This document shows positions 10,549 to 25,808 of a DNA stretch of 64,000 bases, in pieces. The notes beneath the pieces were generated by a model. The model was not told where the DNA came from, ran no database searches, and saw only the letters and a list, made by a program, of their open reading frames with translations. Numbering within the stretch: the stretch's first letter is position 1; the number at the start of each line of letters is the position of its first letter. This DNA is from an uncultured Gemmatimonadales bacterium (GTDB lineage: Bacteria; Gemmatimonadota; Gemmatimonadetes; Longimicrobiales; RSA9): the NCBI GenBank assembly GCA_963798085.1, contig CAWCRS010000008.1:352001-416000 (forward strand). The letters run 5' to 3'. Made by a program: the position numbers and the translations under genes.

Positions 10549-11757
10549 ATGAGCGGGATCGAGGGTGGGAGGCTGCTGGGGAACCTGGTCTCGTTCGGAC
10601 GGGTGCTGCGGGCGGCCGGGCTGCCGGTGACCGTGCAGCAGATGGCGGACCTCGCGCGGGCGCTGGACTGGATCGACATTGGCGATGCCGCGCAATTCCG
10701 CCACGCGGCCAGGGCGCTGCTGGTGACGCGGCGGGAAGATCTCGCGCTCTTCGATCTGGTGTTCGGGCGGTTCTTCCGGGTGGCAGGCGACGACGCAGCG
10801 CATTGTCCGCAGCGCGTGCCGCCGGCGCCGCGGCACGATCCGGTGGCGCAGGGCCGCTTCACCATCGTCAACTACATGGCGTACCGCGCGCGGCAGGCCG
10901 AGCAGGAACTGAACGTGGCGGACCGCAGCGGCACGTGGACCGACATTGAGCAGCTGCGCAGCAAGCGCTTCGCCGATATGACTCCGGAGGAGCTGGACGC
11001 GGTTGCCCGCCTGCTGCGCGAGATGCGCTGGAGCGTGGCGCTGCGGCGCAGCCGCCGACAGCGGCGCGATGCGGCTGGGCGCGCGCTGGACTTCCGGCGC
11101 GTGCTGCGCCAGGCCAGCCGGCTGGGCGCGCTGCCTGCCCGCCTGCCCCATCGCCGGCGCATCGACAAGCGGCGGCCCCTTATCCTGATCGCGGACATCT
11201 CCGGCAGCATGGAGAAGTACTCGCGGCTGGTGCTGCAGTTCTTCCACTCCGCCGTGCGCGCACTGCCGAATGTCGAGGCGTTCGTGTTCGGGACTCGCCT
11301 CTCACGCATCACGCCACAACTGCGGTTGCGCAATATCGATCGCGCGCTCGATGAGGCCGCACACGAAGTGGTGGATTGGGCGGGCGGCACGCGCATTGGC
11401 GACTGCCTGCGCGCGTTCAACCGGCAGTGGAGCCGGCGCGTGCTGCGGCGAGGCGCGGTAGTGGCGATCCTGAGCGATGGCTGCGATCGCGGCGAGCCGG
11501 CGCTGCTGCGGCGCGAGTTGCGCTGGCTGCAACATCACTGCTATCGCCTGGTCTGGCTGAACCCGCACCTGCTGCACCCGGAGTACCGGCCCATCGTGAG
11601 CGGCATGGCGGCGGCGCTCGAGTTCGTCGATGACTTCCTGCCCGTGGATGACCTGTCGTCGCTGGCCGCGTTCGCGCGTGCGCTGGGCACACTGAGCGCA
11701 CGCGGCCGCCGGCCAGCGCCCCGGCTGATGCGCGCGTTAACGCGATCAGCCGCCTGA
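10549..11757 (+). CDS. coxE: VWA-domain protein, CoxE-like
   Basis: MIDAS motif DISGSM, FVFGTRL, GGTRIG, ILSDG, VWLNP. Confidence 0.8.
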   Translation: MSGIEGGRLLGNLVSFGRVLRAAGLPVTVQQMADLARALDWIDIGDAAQFRHAARALLVTRREDLALFDLVFGRFFRVAGDDAAHCPQRVPPAPRHDPVAQGRFTIVNYMAYRARQAEQELNVADRSGTWTDIEQLRSKRFADMTPEELDAVARLLREMRWSVALRRSRRQRRDAAGRALDFRRVLRQASRLGALPARLPHRRRIDKRRPLILIADISGSMEKYSRLVLQFFHSAVRALPNVEAFVFGTRLSRITPQLRLRNIDRALDEAAHEVVDWAGGTRIGDCLRAFNRQWSRRVLRRGAVVAILSDGCDRGEPALLRRELRWLQHHCYRLVWLNPHLLHPEYRPIVSGMAAALEFVDDFLPVDDLSSLAAFARALGTLSARGRRPAPRLMRALTRSAA

Positions 11758-12561
11758 GCCTGAGCCAGGCCCGCCTGCGGGCGCGCCGTGCGCCGCGGCG
11801 GAGCGGTGAACCAGGTCGCGCAACACCGTCAACTCGTGTTCGGTGATGGGCGGTGTGATGGCCAGCGGATGGCGCACGCGCAGCGGCCAGCCGGTCGCGG
11901 CGATTGCCGCATCGACCGTGACGCCCGGGTGCAGCGTGGTCAGCTCCAGCTCGCGCGTCACGGGATGCGGTTCGAGCACGCCCAGGTCCGTGATCACGCG
12001 GGAGGGTCCACCGCCGCGCAGGCCCGCGCGCGTCCGCGCGTCGCCGCCATTGAGGAAGCCGGCACTGGTGATGAAGTCGACGCGCTCGACGAGGGTGCGG
12101 GTGCTGTGTCGCACGATCACGAAAACCTCGCGGGCGTGTGCCGCGATTTCCGGCGCGCCGCCGCCGCCCGGCAGGCGGACACGCGGCGAGTCGTACGGAC
12201 CGATCACGGTCGTGTTGATGTTGGCGAAGCGGTCGAGCTGCGCCGCGCCCAGGAAGCCCACGTCAATGCGGCCGGCCTGCAGCCAGTAGGCGAAGATCTC
12301 GGGCACGGAGACGACCTCGTCGGCGGTCTCGGCCAGCTCCGCATCACCAATGGACAGCGGCAGCACGTCCGGCTTCGCCCCGATCGTGCCCGACTCGTAG
12401 ATCAGCAGCAGGTCGGGCGCGTGCAGGCGTCTGGCCAGGTTGGCGGCAATGCTGGGCAGGCCGATGCCGACGAACACCAACATGCCGTTAGTGAGCGCGC
12501 GGGCCGCCACGATGCTCATCACCTCGTCCGCCGACGGCTGGAGCCGATCGCTTTCACTCAT
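11746..12561 (-). CDS. CoA-transferase beta subunit (GctB/CatJ family)
   Basis: FVGIGLP, LIYESG catalytic Glu, GFLGAAQLDRFANINTT, RLPGGGGA; overlaps the alpha-subunit stop. Confidence 0.85.
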   Translation of the reverse strand: MSESDRLQPSADEVMSIVAARALTNGMLVFVGIGLPSIAANLARRLHAPDLLLIYESGTIGAKPDVLPLSIGDAELAETADEVVSVPEIFAYWLQAGRIDVGFLGAAQLDRFANINTTVIGPYDSPRVRLPGGGGAPEIAAHAREVFVIVRHSTRTLVERVDFITSAGFLNGGDARTRAGLRGGGPSRVITDLGVLEPHPVTRELELTTLHPGVTVDAAIAATGWPLRVRHPLAITPPITEHELTVLRDLVHRSAAAHGAPAGGPGSGSGG

Positions 12562-13399
12562 CGGCGAGGCTGGCCAGGAAGCCGGCATGGTCACGGGTGC
12601 CGTGGATGTGCCGGTCGACCCAAGCCGTGAACACGTCACGCTCGCGGGAAATGCGGTCCCACGCGTGGTAGAACGCGTCGTCGCGCCTGGTATAGTCCTG
12701 CGTGTACGAGGGCCAGGCGCCGTTGGGCACCTCGCACACTGCCGTGATCACCGCGGCCGGCAGGATCACATTGCCAGGCACGCGCGTCAGACGGTCCACG
12801 ATTTCCTCCACGGTGACCAGCACGCGGCTCGCCGCGAGCGCGGCCTCTTTCTGCAGCGCGGTGATGCCCCAGAGCTGGATGTTGCCCGGGCGGTCGGCGC
12901 GCTGCGCGTGGATCACGGCCACATCCGGCCTGTGTGCGGCCACGGCCGTGAGGCGTTCGCCCGTGAACGGGCACACGATCTCGCGGAGCTGCGCGCTATG
13001 GCGAGGCGTGTCCGTGCCGGTGGCCGCGCGCAGTGTGCCGAAAGGCAATCCCGAAGCGCCGGCCACGTAGGCTGCGGCCATGGTGGCGTGCGTGTGCTCG
13101 GACAGCTCGAGCCGCGAGGGCCAGCCGCGCTCGACGGCATCGCGGAAGCGGTAGAGAGAGCCCACGCCGGGATTGCCGCCCCAGGAGAAGACGAGACGGC
13201 GTGCCGCGCCCACGCCGATGAGCTGATCGTAGATGATGTCCGGTGTCAGCCGCAGCAGGGTCAGGTCGCGGCGTCGCTGCCGGATGATCTCGTGTCCGGC
13301 AGCGAAGGGAATCAGGTGCGTGAAGCCTTCCAGCGCCAGCGTGTCGCCGTCGTGGATCAGCTCCGCGACTGCATCCGCGAGTGAGGCAATCGTCGCCAA
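12554..13399 (-). CDS. CoA-transferase alpha subunit (GctA/CatI family)
   Basis: DGDTLALEGFTHLIPFAAGHEIIRQ, SWGGNPGVG, PDVAVIHAQRAD. Confidence 0.85.
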   Translation of the reverse strand: MATIASLADAVAELIHDGDTLALEGFTHLIPFAAGHEIIRQRRRDLTLLRLTPDIIYDQLIGVGAARRLVFSWGGNPGVGSLYRFRDAVERGWPSRLELSEHTHATMAAAYVAGASGLPFGTLRAATGTDTPRHSAQLREIVCPFTGERLTAVAAHRPDVAVIHAQRADRPGNIQLWGITALQKEAALAASRVLVTVEEIVDRLTRVPGNVILPAAVITAVCEVPNGAWPSYTQDYTRRDDAFYHAWDRISRERDVFTAWVDRHIHGTRDHAGFLASLADE

Positions 13400-13440
13400 G
13401 GTAAGGAAGTGTTTGGCCGCCGCGGGTAGCCGGCCGCCGT

Positions 13441-14064
13441 TCAGCGCCTGGACTGCGCCGCGCGGGCGGTGCCACGGCGGGCGCCGTCATCGCTGGCCGG
13501 GCGCGTCGTCGTGGTCGCCGGCACGTGCTGCAGGGTCTGCTCGTGCGCCTCGACGAACCAGAGCCACTTGTCGATGCCGCGCGAGATTTCCGTGAGAATG
13601 TCCGCGCCATCCGCATCGCCCAGGTCCTGCAGCTCATCGATGCCCAGGCGTACGCTGCGGCCGAAAGTCGACAGCGCAATTCCCAGCGCTCCGACATGAT
13701 CCTCGCCCGCGCTCAGCGTGAGCGGGTAGGGTGGCAGCGTGGTGTTCTGCGCCACCACGCCCACGGTGCCCGCGGCCACGCCGCCCAGCTGCACGATGCG
13801 CTCGGCAATCAGGTCGATGTACTCCTCGACCTCCTCGTTGATCTCGTCGAAGAGCTTGTGCAGCGCGATGAAGTTGGGGCCCTTCACATTCCAGTGCGCC
13901 TGCTTGCACTGGGTCTGCAGGTCGATGCAATCGGCCAGCCGCTGATTCAGCAGAGGCGCAACTTCGGCGCGTACGGATGCGGGCAGATCATTGCGAGTGG
14001 TAAACGGCGTCGCCGCACTGCTGGCGTTGCGCGCTGCCTGTCCCCGACGGGTTGTTTCAGCCAT
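13441..14064 (-). CDS. dps: DNA starvation/stationary-phase protection protein Dps
   Basis: KQAHWNVKGPNFIALHKLFDE, DLIAER, DKWLWFVEAH; SD-like GGAGG upstream of ATG 14064. Confidence 0.93.
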   Translation of the reverse strand: MAETTRRGQAARNASSAATPFTTRNDLPASVRAEVAPLLNQRLADCIDLQTQCKQAHWNVKGPNFIALHKLFDEINEEVEEYIDLIAERIVQLGGVAAGTVGVVAQNTTLPPYPLTLSAGEDHVGALGIALSTFGRSVRLGIDELQDLGDADGADILTEISRGIDKWLWFVEAHEQTLQHVPATTTTRPASDDGARRGTARAAQSRR

Positions 14065-14217
14065 GAGATGTTCCTCCGACAAAACGAGATTGACGGACGG
14101 GCCCGGCGACCGCCGGCGCCCGTCACCGCCACACGGCGGACGCGCGCAAGGTATGCGCCACCCGGCGCTGCGCACATCCCCAATGCTGGTAGTTTCAGTA
14201 TACCCCGGAAGGAGTAG

Positions 14218-14871
14218 TCAGGAGCGGGCCCGCACCAGCACGCCGTCCATCAGCGCCTGCGTGAAGCGCAGCTCATCGGCATTCACGGTGTGGCCCATGC
14301 CGGCGTAGATGCGCTTCGTCACGGTCGCGCCCATGCGCTCGAACACGGCCGCGCTCTCCTCCACGCGCTGTTCCGGGATGTGCGGATCGATGTCGCTGCA
14401 ACCGAGGAACACGGCCGCGCCAGCGAAATCGCCCGCCTGATTCCAGGTGGTGCCCGCCGGCCCGATCAGGCCGCCACTGTACAGGATGAGGCCGCCCAGC
14501 GGGCCCGCGTGGCGCACGGCGAACTCGCCCGACAGGCAGGCGCCCTGGGAGAAGCCGAGCAGCATGATCTGCTCGCGCAGAACGCCGGCGGCGATGACGT
14601 CGTCCAGAGTCTGCTCCAGCACACTCAGTGCGGAGGACAGGAACGGCTCGTTGCTCGCGATCTCGCTCATGAAGCCGTTCGGGTACCAGGTGTTTCCCGC
14701 AGCGGAAGGCGCGAGGTACGTGAAGGCGGGCCGGTTCAGCGCGTCGCACAGATCCAGGATGTTGCGGGCCGAGGCATTGCGGCCGTGCACCATGATCATG
14801 ACCGGGCTGCTGCCCAGCGGCGGGCCCGCACTAACAAGCGGTTGGCCGGCGTGCGGTCCGCGGGCGCTCAT
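14218..14871 (-). CDS. Phospholipase/carboxylesterase family alpha/beta hydrolase
   Basis: HGR, GFSQG nucleophile, DPHIP, GMGH; ATGA overlap with the upstream dioxygenase. Confidence 0.85.
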   Translation of the reverse strand: MSARGPHAGQPLVSAGPPLGSSPVMIMVHGRNASARNILDLCDALNRPAFTYLAPSAAGNTWYPNGFMSEIASNEPFLSSALSVLEQTLDDVIAAGVLREQIMLLGFSQGACLSGEFAVRHAGPLGGLILYSGGLIGPAGTTWNQAGDFAGAAVFLGCSDIDPHIPEQRVEESAAVFERMGATVTKRIYAGMGHTVNADELRFTQALMDGVLVRARS

Positions 14872-15812
14872 GGCTGGATGATTCCGGGCAGATGGCTCTC
14901 GATGGCCGCGCGGTGCGGCTCCTCCCACGGTGGCAGCTTCAGCTCGCGACCCAGCAGATCCAGCTCCTCGTCGATCGTGAAGCCCGGCGGCACGGTCGCG
15001 ATCTCGTAGAGTACGCCGCCCGGCTCGCGGAAATAGATGGAGCGGAAATACTGCCGGTCGCGCACTTCCGTGACGCGGTACCCGAGACGCAACAGCTCCT
15101 CGCGGTAGCGCAGCTGCTCCGCCTCACCGGTGATGGCCATCGCGACGTGGTGTACGGTGCCCAGCCCGTTGACTGCCGCAGGCGAGTCCGGTGAGGCGAC
15201 GATCTCGAGGTAGCGACCCGGCGCGTCACCGTTCACCGCCACACGCGTGCGCGCGCCCTCTTCATTCACGACAGTGAATCCGAGCACCTCGGTGAGCAGC
15301 TGCAGTGTGCGCGCCGGTTCGCGCACGAGCAGGCGCACGCCGTGCAGCCCGCGGATCGCCTCGCCTGCGCCAATGCCGGGCGCGACCCACGGCGAGCGCG
15401 TGTCGCCTGTCGTGCCCACCAGCTCGATCACGAGATCGGATGGATCACGGATCTCGAGCGTTTCCTCGCCGAAGGGACTGGCGGCCTCGCGGAACGTGAT
15501 GCCCTGACCGCGCAGCCGCGCGCGCCAGACATCCAGCGACGTCGCCGGGACAGAAAACGACGTTACCGTGATCTGACCCGCGCCTTTCGTTCCCACCGGT
15601 ACACCCCAACCCTTGTACGGGAACGTGGTCATGATCGTCGATGGAGCACCGCGCTCATCACCGTAGTAGAAGTGATAGACGTTGTGATTGTCGAAGTTGA
15701 CCGTCTTCTTCACCAGCCGCAGGCCGAGCAGGCTCCCGTAGAAGTCGAGATCCTGCTGCGCGTCGTTCACGGTGGCGGTGACGTGGTGCAGACTGCGAAT
15801 CGGATTCTCCAT
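14868..15812 (-). CDS. Ring-cleaving dioxygenase (MhqO/MhqE-like, two VOC domains)
   Basis: LHHVTA, LVKKTVNFD, GTVHHVA, DRQYFRSIYFREPGGVLYEIAT. Confidence 0.9.
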   Translation of the reverse strand: MENPIRSLHHVTATVNDAQQDLDFYGSLLGLRLVKKTVNFDNHNVYHFYYGDERGAPSTIMTTFPYKGWGVPVGTKGAGQITVTSFSVPATSLDVWRARLRGQGITFREAASPFGEETLEIRDPSDLVIELVGTTGDTRSPWVAPGIGAGEAIRGLHGVRLLVREPARTLQLLTEVLGFTVVNEEGARTRVAVNGDAPGRYLEIVASPDSPAAVNGLGTVHHVAMAITGEAEQLRYREELLRLGYRVTEVRDRQYFRSIYFREPGGVLYEIATVPPGFTIDEELDLLGRELKLPPWEEPHRAAIESHLPGIIQP

Positions 15813-16036
15813 GTATCCTCGGCGACGGGTATGCAGGCGCTACGATAGGCGGACGTCAGGACCGGCGCCATGGCGGGAGGATCCGGGTGGGGCGCCGCGA
15901 CCGCCGGAGGGAACAATCCCGTGTTCGCACGGACTGGACAGTCGGGGGTTACGCGCACGCGCACCGGATGGTACGCTCATGGCGGCGGCGCGGCCGCGTC
16001 TCCAGATTGCCCAGAGATTCCGCTGGAGTGTTTGCC

Positions 16037-16696
16037 ATGAAGATCAGCGGTGAGCACACGTTTGATGGTCCCCAGTCGCTCGTCTGGGAAATGCTGCTCG
16101 ATCCCACCGTGCTGGCCCGCGTGCTGCCCGGCGCCGAGAAGCTCGAGCGCACGGGCGAGAACGAATTCGAGGGCGCACTGCGCATGAAGGTTGGTCCCGT
16201 GCAGGGCGATTTCCAGGGCAAAGTCAAACTCGAGAACATCGACGCACCCAACGGCTACACCATGCTGGTCGACGGCCGCGGCGCGATGGGTTTCGTGAAA
16301 GCGACCGGCAACCTCAAGCTCTCACCCGATGGCGAGCGCACGCACCTCGTCTATGATGGCGATGCGCAGGTGGGCGGCCGTCTGGCCGCGGTGGGCCAGC
16401 GTCTCGTGGAAAGCTCGGCGCGCGCCATCATTGCGCAGAGCCTCGAAGGACTCAACGCGGCGGTGAAAGCGAATGTCGCGGCGCGCTCGGCGGGCGCTGC
16501 CGGCGGCAGTGCCGCGGCTGACGCGGGCAATGGCAGCGTGCACCAGTTCGAATACCAGAAGCCGACGCAGGCGCAGTTCGCCGCGGGTGTGGCGCGCCAG
16601 GTCGCAAAGGACCTGATCCCGCCGCCACTGCTGTGGTCGCTGATCGCGATCGGCGGCATCCTCTTGCTCTATTTGATCTACAAGCTGGCGACCTGA
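16037..16696 (+). CDS. coxG: CO dehydrogenase subunit G (SRPBCC fold with C-terminal membrane anchor)
   Basis: VWEMLLDP..LARVLPG, KVGPV, GGRLAAVGQRL; hydrophobic C-terminus; first gene of coxGMSL. Confidence 0.85.
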   Translation: MKISGEHTFDGPQSLVWEMLLDPTVLARVLPGAEKLERTGENEFEGALRMKVGPVQGDFQGKVKLENIDAPNGYTMLVDGRGAMGFVKATGNLKLSPDGERTHLVYDGDAQVGGRLAAVGQRLVESSARAIIAQSLEGLNAAVKANVAARSAGAAGGSAAADAGNGSVHQFEYQKPTQAQFAAGVARQVAKDLIPPPLLWSLIAIGGILLLYLIYKLAT

Positions 16697-16711
16697 ACGG
16701 GAGGGGGACAC

Positions 16712-17586
16712 GTGATACCGGGTTCATTCGATTATCATGCGCCAGGCAGCGTGGACGAAGCCATCGCGCTGCTGGCGAAGCTCGGCGATGACGCCAAGAT
16801 CCTGGCGGGCGGGCACAGTCTGGTTCCCGCCATGCGCTTCCGGCTTTCACAGCCTGCCACACTCATCGACATCAATCGCATTACAGCGCTTGCGTACGTG
16901 CGCGAGGAAGGCGGCTTCCTGCGTATCGGCGCACTCACGCGCGAGTCGGAGCTGGAACACTCGCCGCTCGTGAAGAAGTACGGCGCGCTCGCGGATGCGG
17001 GGCGCGTCATTGCCGATCCGCTGGTGCGCAATCGCGGCACCGTCGGCGGCAATCTCGCGCACGCCGATCCCGCGAACGACCATCCCGCGGTCATGCTCGC
17101 GTACGGCGCCACACTGGTGGCGCGCGGCGCGGGCGGCACACGCGAGATTCCCGTCGACGACGTTCTTCACGGGCCTGTTCGAGAATTCGCTGCAGTCCGG
17201 TGAGCTGCTCATCGAGATGCGCGTACCCACACCCGCGAAAGGGCAGGGCAGCGCGTATCAGAAGCTGGAACGGAAGGTAGGCGACTACGCGATTTCCGCT
17301 GTCGCCGTCAATCTGACTCTGGATGGCGACGCCTGCCGCGCGGCGAGGATCGCGCTCACCAACGTGAGCGCCGTGCCCATGCGCGCGAAGCAGGCGGAAG
17401 CTGCGCTCGTCGGCAGGACGCTGGATGACGCGGCGCTGGATGCGGCGGCGCAGGCGGCCGCCGCGCGAGTGCGATCCGTCGGCGGACCTGCGCGGCAGTG
17501 TCGAGTACAAGCGCGATGTGACACGCGTGCTGCTCAAGCGCGCAGCTGCGAGGGCCATCGCGAGGGCGAAGGGAGGTGCCGCATGA
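16712..17586 (+). CDS. coxM: CO dehydrogenase medium (FAD) subunit; two apparent +1 frameshifts (~17161, ~17465)
   Basis: [24 protein letters not shown]; continues as [18 protein letters not shown], then [16 protein letters not shown] in successive frames; ATGA overlap with coxS. Confidence 0.88.
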
Positions 17587-18073
17587 GCATGCACACGATC
17601 ACCGTCACCGTGAATGGCACCTTGCATACGCGCGAAGTCGATGCGCGCAAGCTGCTCGTGCACTTCCTGCGCGAGGACCTGTCGCTCACCGGCACGCACA
17701 TCGGCTGCGATACCACCAGCTGCGGCGCCTGCACCGTGCTGCTCGACGGCGTGGGCGTGAAGAGCTGCACGCTGTTCGCCGTGCAGGCCGATGGCGCCGC
17801 GGTCGAGACCATCGAGGGGCTGGCGCAGGGCGGGCAGCTGCACCCGCTGCAGGAGGGCTTCTGGGAGAAGCACGGCCTGCAGTGCGGCTACTGTACGCCC
17901 GGCATGATCATGAGCGCGAAGTACCTGCTGTCGAAGAACCCCGACCCGAGCGAAGCCGAGATCCGCTTCGGCATCTCCGGCAACCTCTGCCGCTGCACCG
18001 GCTACAACAAGATCGTCGAGGCCATCCAGTACGCCGCGGCGAAGCTGAACGAGACGGCGAAGGGAGGCGTCGC

Positions 18074-18077
<4 letters not shown>
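17583..18077 (+). CDS. coxS: CO dehydrogenase small (2Fe-2S) subunit
   Basis: [29 protein letters not shown]. Confidence 0.93.
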
Positions 18078-20511
<2,434 letters not shown>

Positions 20512-20569
20512 TCGGGGCGACACGGGTCCGTCGTCGCGCACGGCGGGCCCGCGGCCTCAGGGCAGGATC

Positions 20570-21550
20570 ATGTTCGACGAATACTTCCGCACCGCGCACG
20601 AGCTGACGCGCAGGGGCAGGCCTTTTGCCACGGCCACGGTGGTGCGCGCCGAGCGGCCCACATCGGGCAAGCCCGGCGACAGCGCCATTGTCACGGCCGA
20701 CGGCACGCTGGTCGGCTGGATCGGCGGCAGTTGCGCGCAACCTGCGGTTATCCGCGAAGCACTGGCCGCACTGGCGGAAGATCGCAGCCGCCTGATCCGC
20801 CTCTCGCCGGAACCGGGTACGCGTCCGGTTCCCGAGGGCATCACGGAAGTTCCCATGACCTGCTTCAGCGGAGGGACCCTGGACATCTTCATCGAGCCGC
20901 ACCACCCGCGGCCTCGCCTGCTGCTGGTCGGAAACCTGCCCGTGGCGCAGGCACTGGCGCATCTGGGCCGCGCCCTGAACTACCAGGTGATTGCGGTGGA
21001 TCCCACCGGCAGCAATGCCATGGCGCATGCCGACGAAGTGCTGCGCAGCGTGGACGACATCACGGCGCACATCACGCCGCTCACGTTCGTGGTGGTCGCT
21101 ACACACGGCGAATTCGATGAGCCCGCGCTCACCCGGGTGCTGGCCACCAATGCGCCCTACATCGGACTCGTCGCCAGCCGCAAGCGCGGCGCCGCCGTGC
21201 TGGACACGCTCGCCCAGAACGGCGTGACGCGTGACGCACTCGCGCGCGTCCGCTATCCCGCCGGCCTCGACATCCTCGCCCGCCGCGGCAATGAGATCGC
21301 ACTCGGCATCATGGCCGAGGTCGTGAAAGCACGCCGCTCGCTCGAGCGGCTGCCCGGCCCCCAGGCGGTCGAGGAGGAAAGCAGCGTCACGCCCGCCACC
21401 GCCATTGATCCGGTGTGCGGCATGACCGTTCAGGTTGCCGGCGCGCAGCACACGCACGAGCACGAGGGCCGCACGTACTACTTCTGCTGCGGCGGCTGTC
21501 GCCTGAGGTTCATGAAGAACCCCACGAAGTTCCTGCTCCAGGCTTCCTGA
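20570..21550 (+). CDS. XdhC/CoxF-CoxI family Moco chaperone fused to a C-terminal YHS domain
   Basis: GWIGGSCAQ, MTCFSGG, VVVATHG, YIGLVASRKR, PAGLDI; YHS DPVCGM..YYFCCGGC..F. Confidence 0.85.
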   Translation: MFDEYFRTAHELTRRGRPFATATVVRAERPTSGKPGDSAIVTADGTLVGWIGGSCAQPAVIREALAALAEDRSRLIRLSPEPGTRPVPEGITEVPMTCFSGGTLDIFIEPHHPRPRLLLVGNLPVAQALAHLGRALNYQVIAVDPTGSNAMAHADEVLRSVDDITAHITPLTFVVVATHGEFDEPALTRVLATNAPYIGLVASRKRGAAVLDTLAQNGVTRDALARVRYPAGLDILARRGNEIALGIMAEVVKARRSLERLPGPQAVEEESSVTPATAIDPVCGMTVQVAGAQHTHEHEGRTYYFCCGGCRLRFMKNPTKFLLQAS

Positions 21551-21658
21551 GGCTTCGCGGGGCTTCGCGAGGCGGGAGGGGCTGCGGGCGAACTGGGTGT
21601 CAGCGCACGCGTGCCTGGAGGCCCACGCATTTTCTGTGTGAAAATAAGCTGTTAGCCG

Positions 21659-24757
<3,099 letters not shown>

Positions 24758-25045
24758 CGTGTACTCCTTGCTGTATCGGGATGGAAGCGAGGCCGGGAAC
24801 GTGCGCCCGCCGGCCCGGAGTGTCAACCGCCCGCATCTCGCTGCGCGCGCCGTGCCTGACGCCTTGGAACTCGAAAGACCCGTTGCGCGGGAAAGCGCGC
24901 GAATCGGACACACAGTGTGTGGCCAGCCCCTGCTTCAGCCCGAGCCCCAGCCCCAGAAACGCGGTTCAAGGCGCCTCGGGACGCAGGCCGACCGATTGCG
25001 CTGGCACGCCTCCCGACGTACAACGCGTGACGCCATGAGGAGACC

Positions 25046-25684
25046 ATGAGAGTTCGCACCTGGATCCAGCTCGCGATGCTGGCGCTGCTCGCCTGCGGCT
25101 GCGCGTTCGCGTTCCTGCCGCCGCGCGGGCCGCGCGCGCTGGATCGCTTCGATCCGGACCGCACCGCAGACCTCGAAGTGGGCATGTGGCAGGCCTACTA
25201 CGATCGGCATGCGGTGCAGTTGTTCAAGCTGCTCACCATCCAAATGCGCGAGCAGTACCACTATTCCTGGGCGCGCTCCGTGCAGACGGCCTTCCATTTC
25301 GCGCGCGCCGCCGCGCGCTTCGCCGAAATGCGCGACAACTATGGCACCGTGTTGCCCGACCTGGAGCAGGGCTACGCCATTGTACAGCGATGGATGCACA
25401 CGCGCTTCGATCCCGCCGCAGTCGCGCGCGCCGAGCTGGCGTGGTGGGTGGCGCGACGAACACCCGGTCAGGAGTCGCCGGATACCGTGGGCCGCCGTAT
25501 TGCCGAAGAGTACGCGCTGATCTACAGCATGCCGGTCGAGCGCGCCGAGCGCTCCGGCCTGCTGCGCGCGCAGGCGGGCGCCTTGCGTGACACCGGTGGA
25601 AAGGACGCCGACTGGGCCACTGTCTCCCGACTGCTGCACGAGTCCTGGCGCGACCTGCACGACGCATTGCACAACTCGCCGTGA
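25046..25684 (+). CDS. Hypothetical protein with N-terminal hydrophobic segment
   Basis: GAGGAG SD, typical codon usage, WQAYY and ELAWW motifs; no function recognised. Confidence 0.65.
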   Translation: MRVRTWIQLAMLALLACGCAFAFLPPRGPRALDRFDPDRTADLEVGMWQAYYDRHAVQLFKLLTIQMREQYHYSWARSVQTAFHFARAAARFAEMRDNYGTVLPDLEQGYAIVQRWMHTRFDPAAVARAELAWWVARRTPGQESPDTVGRRIAEEYALIYSMPVERAERSGLLRAQAGALRDTGGKDADWATVSRLLHESWRDLHDALHNSP

Positions 25685-25808
25685 CGCACCGCGTGCCCAG
25701 CACCTGCTGAAGCGGCATCGTCGTTGAACAAGACTGCGGCCCCGGTCCGCCTTGTGGCGGGCCGGGGCCGTTCGTGTGCGGTTCCCGTCGACCGCACCGA
25801 TCGCCGGT

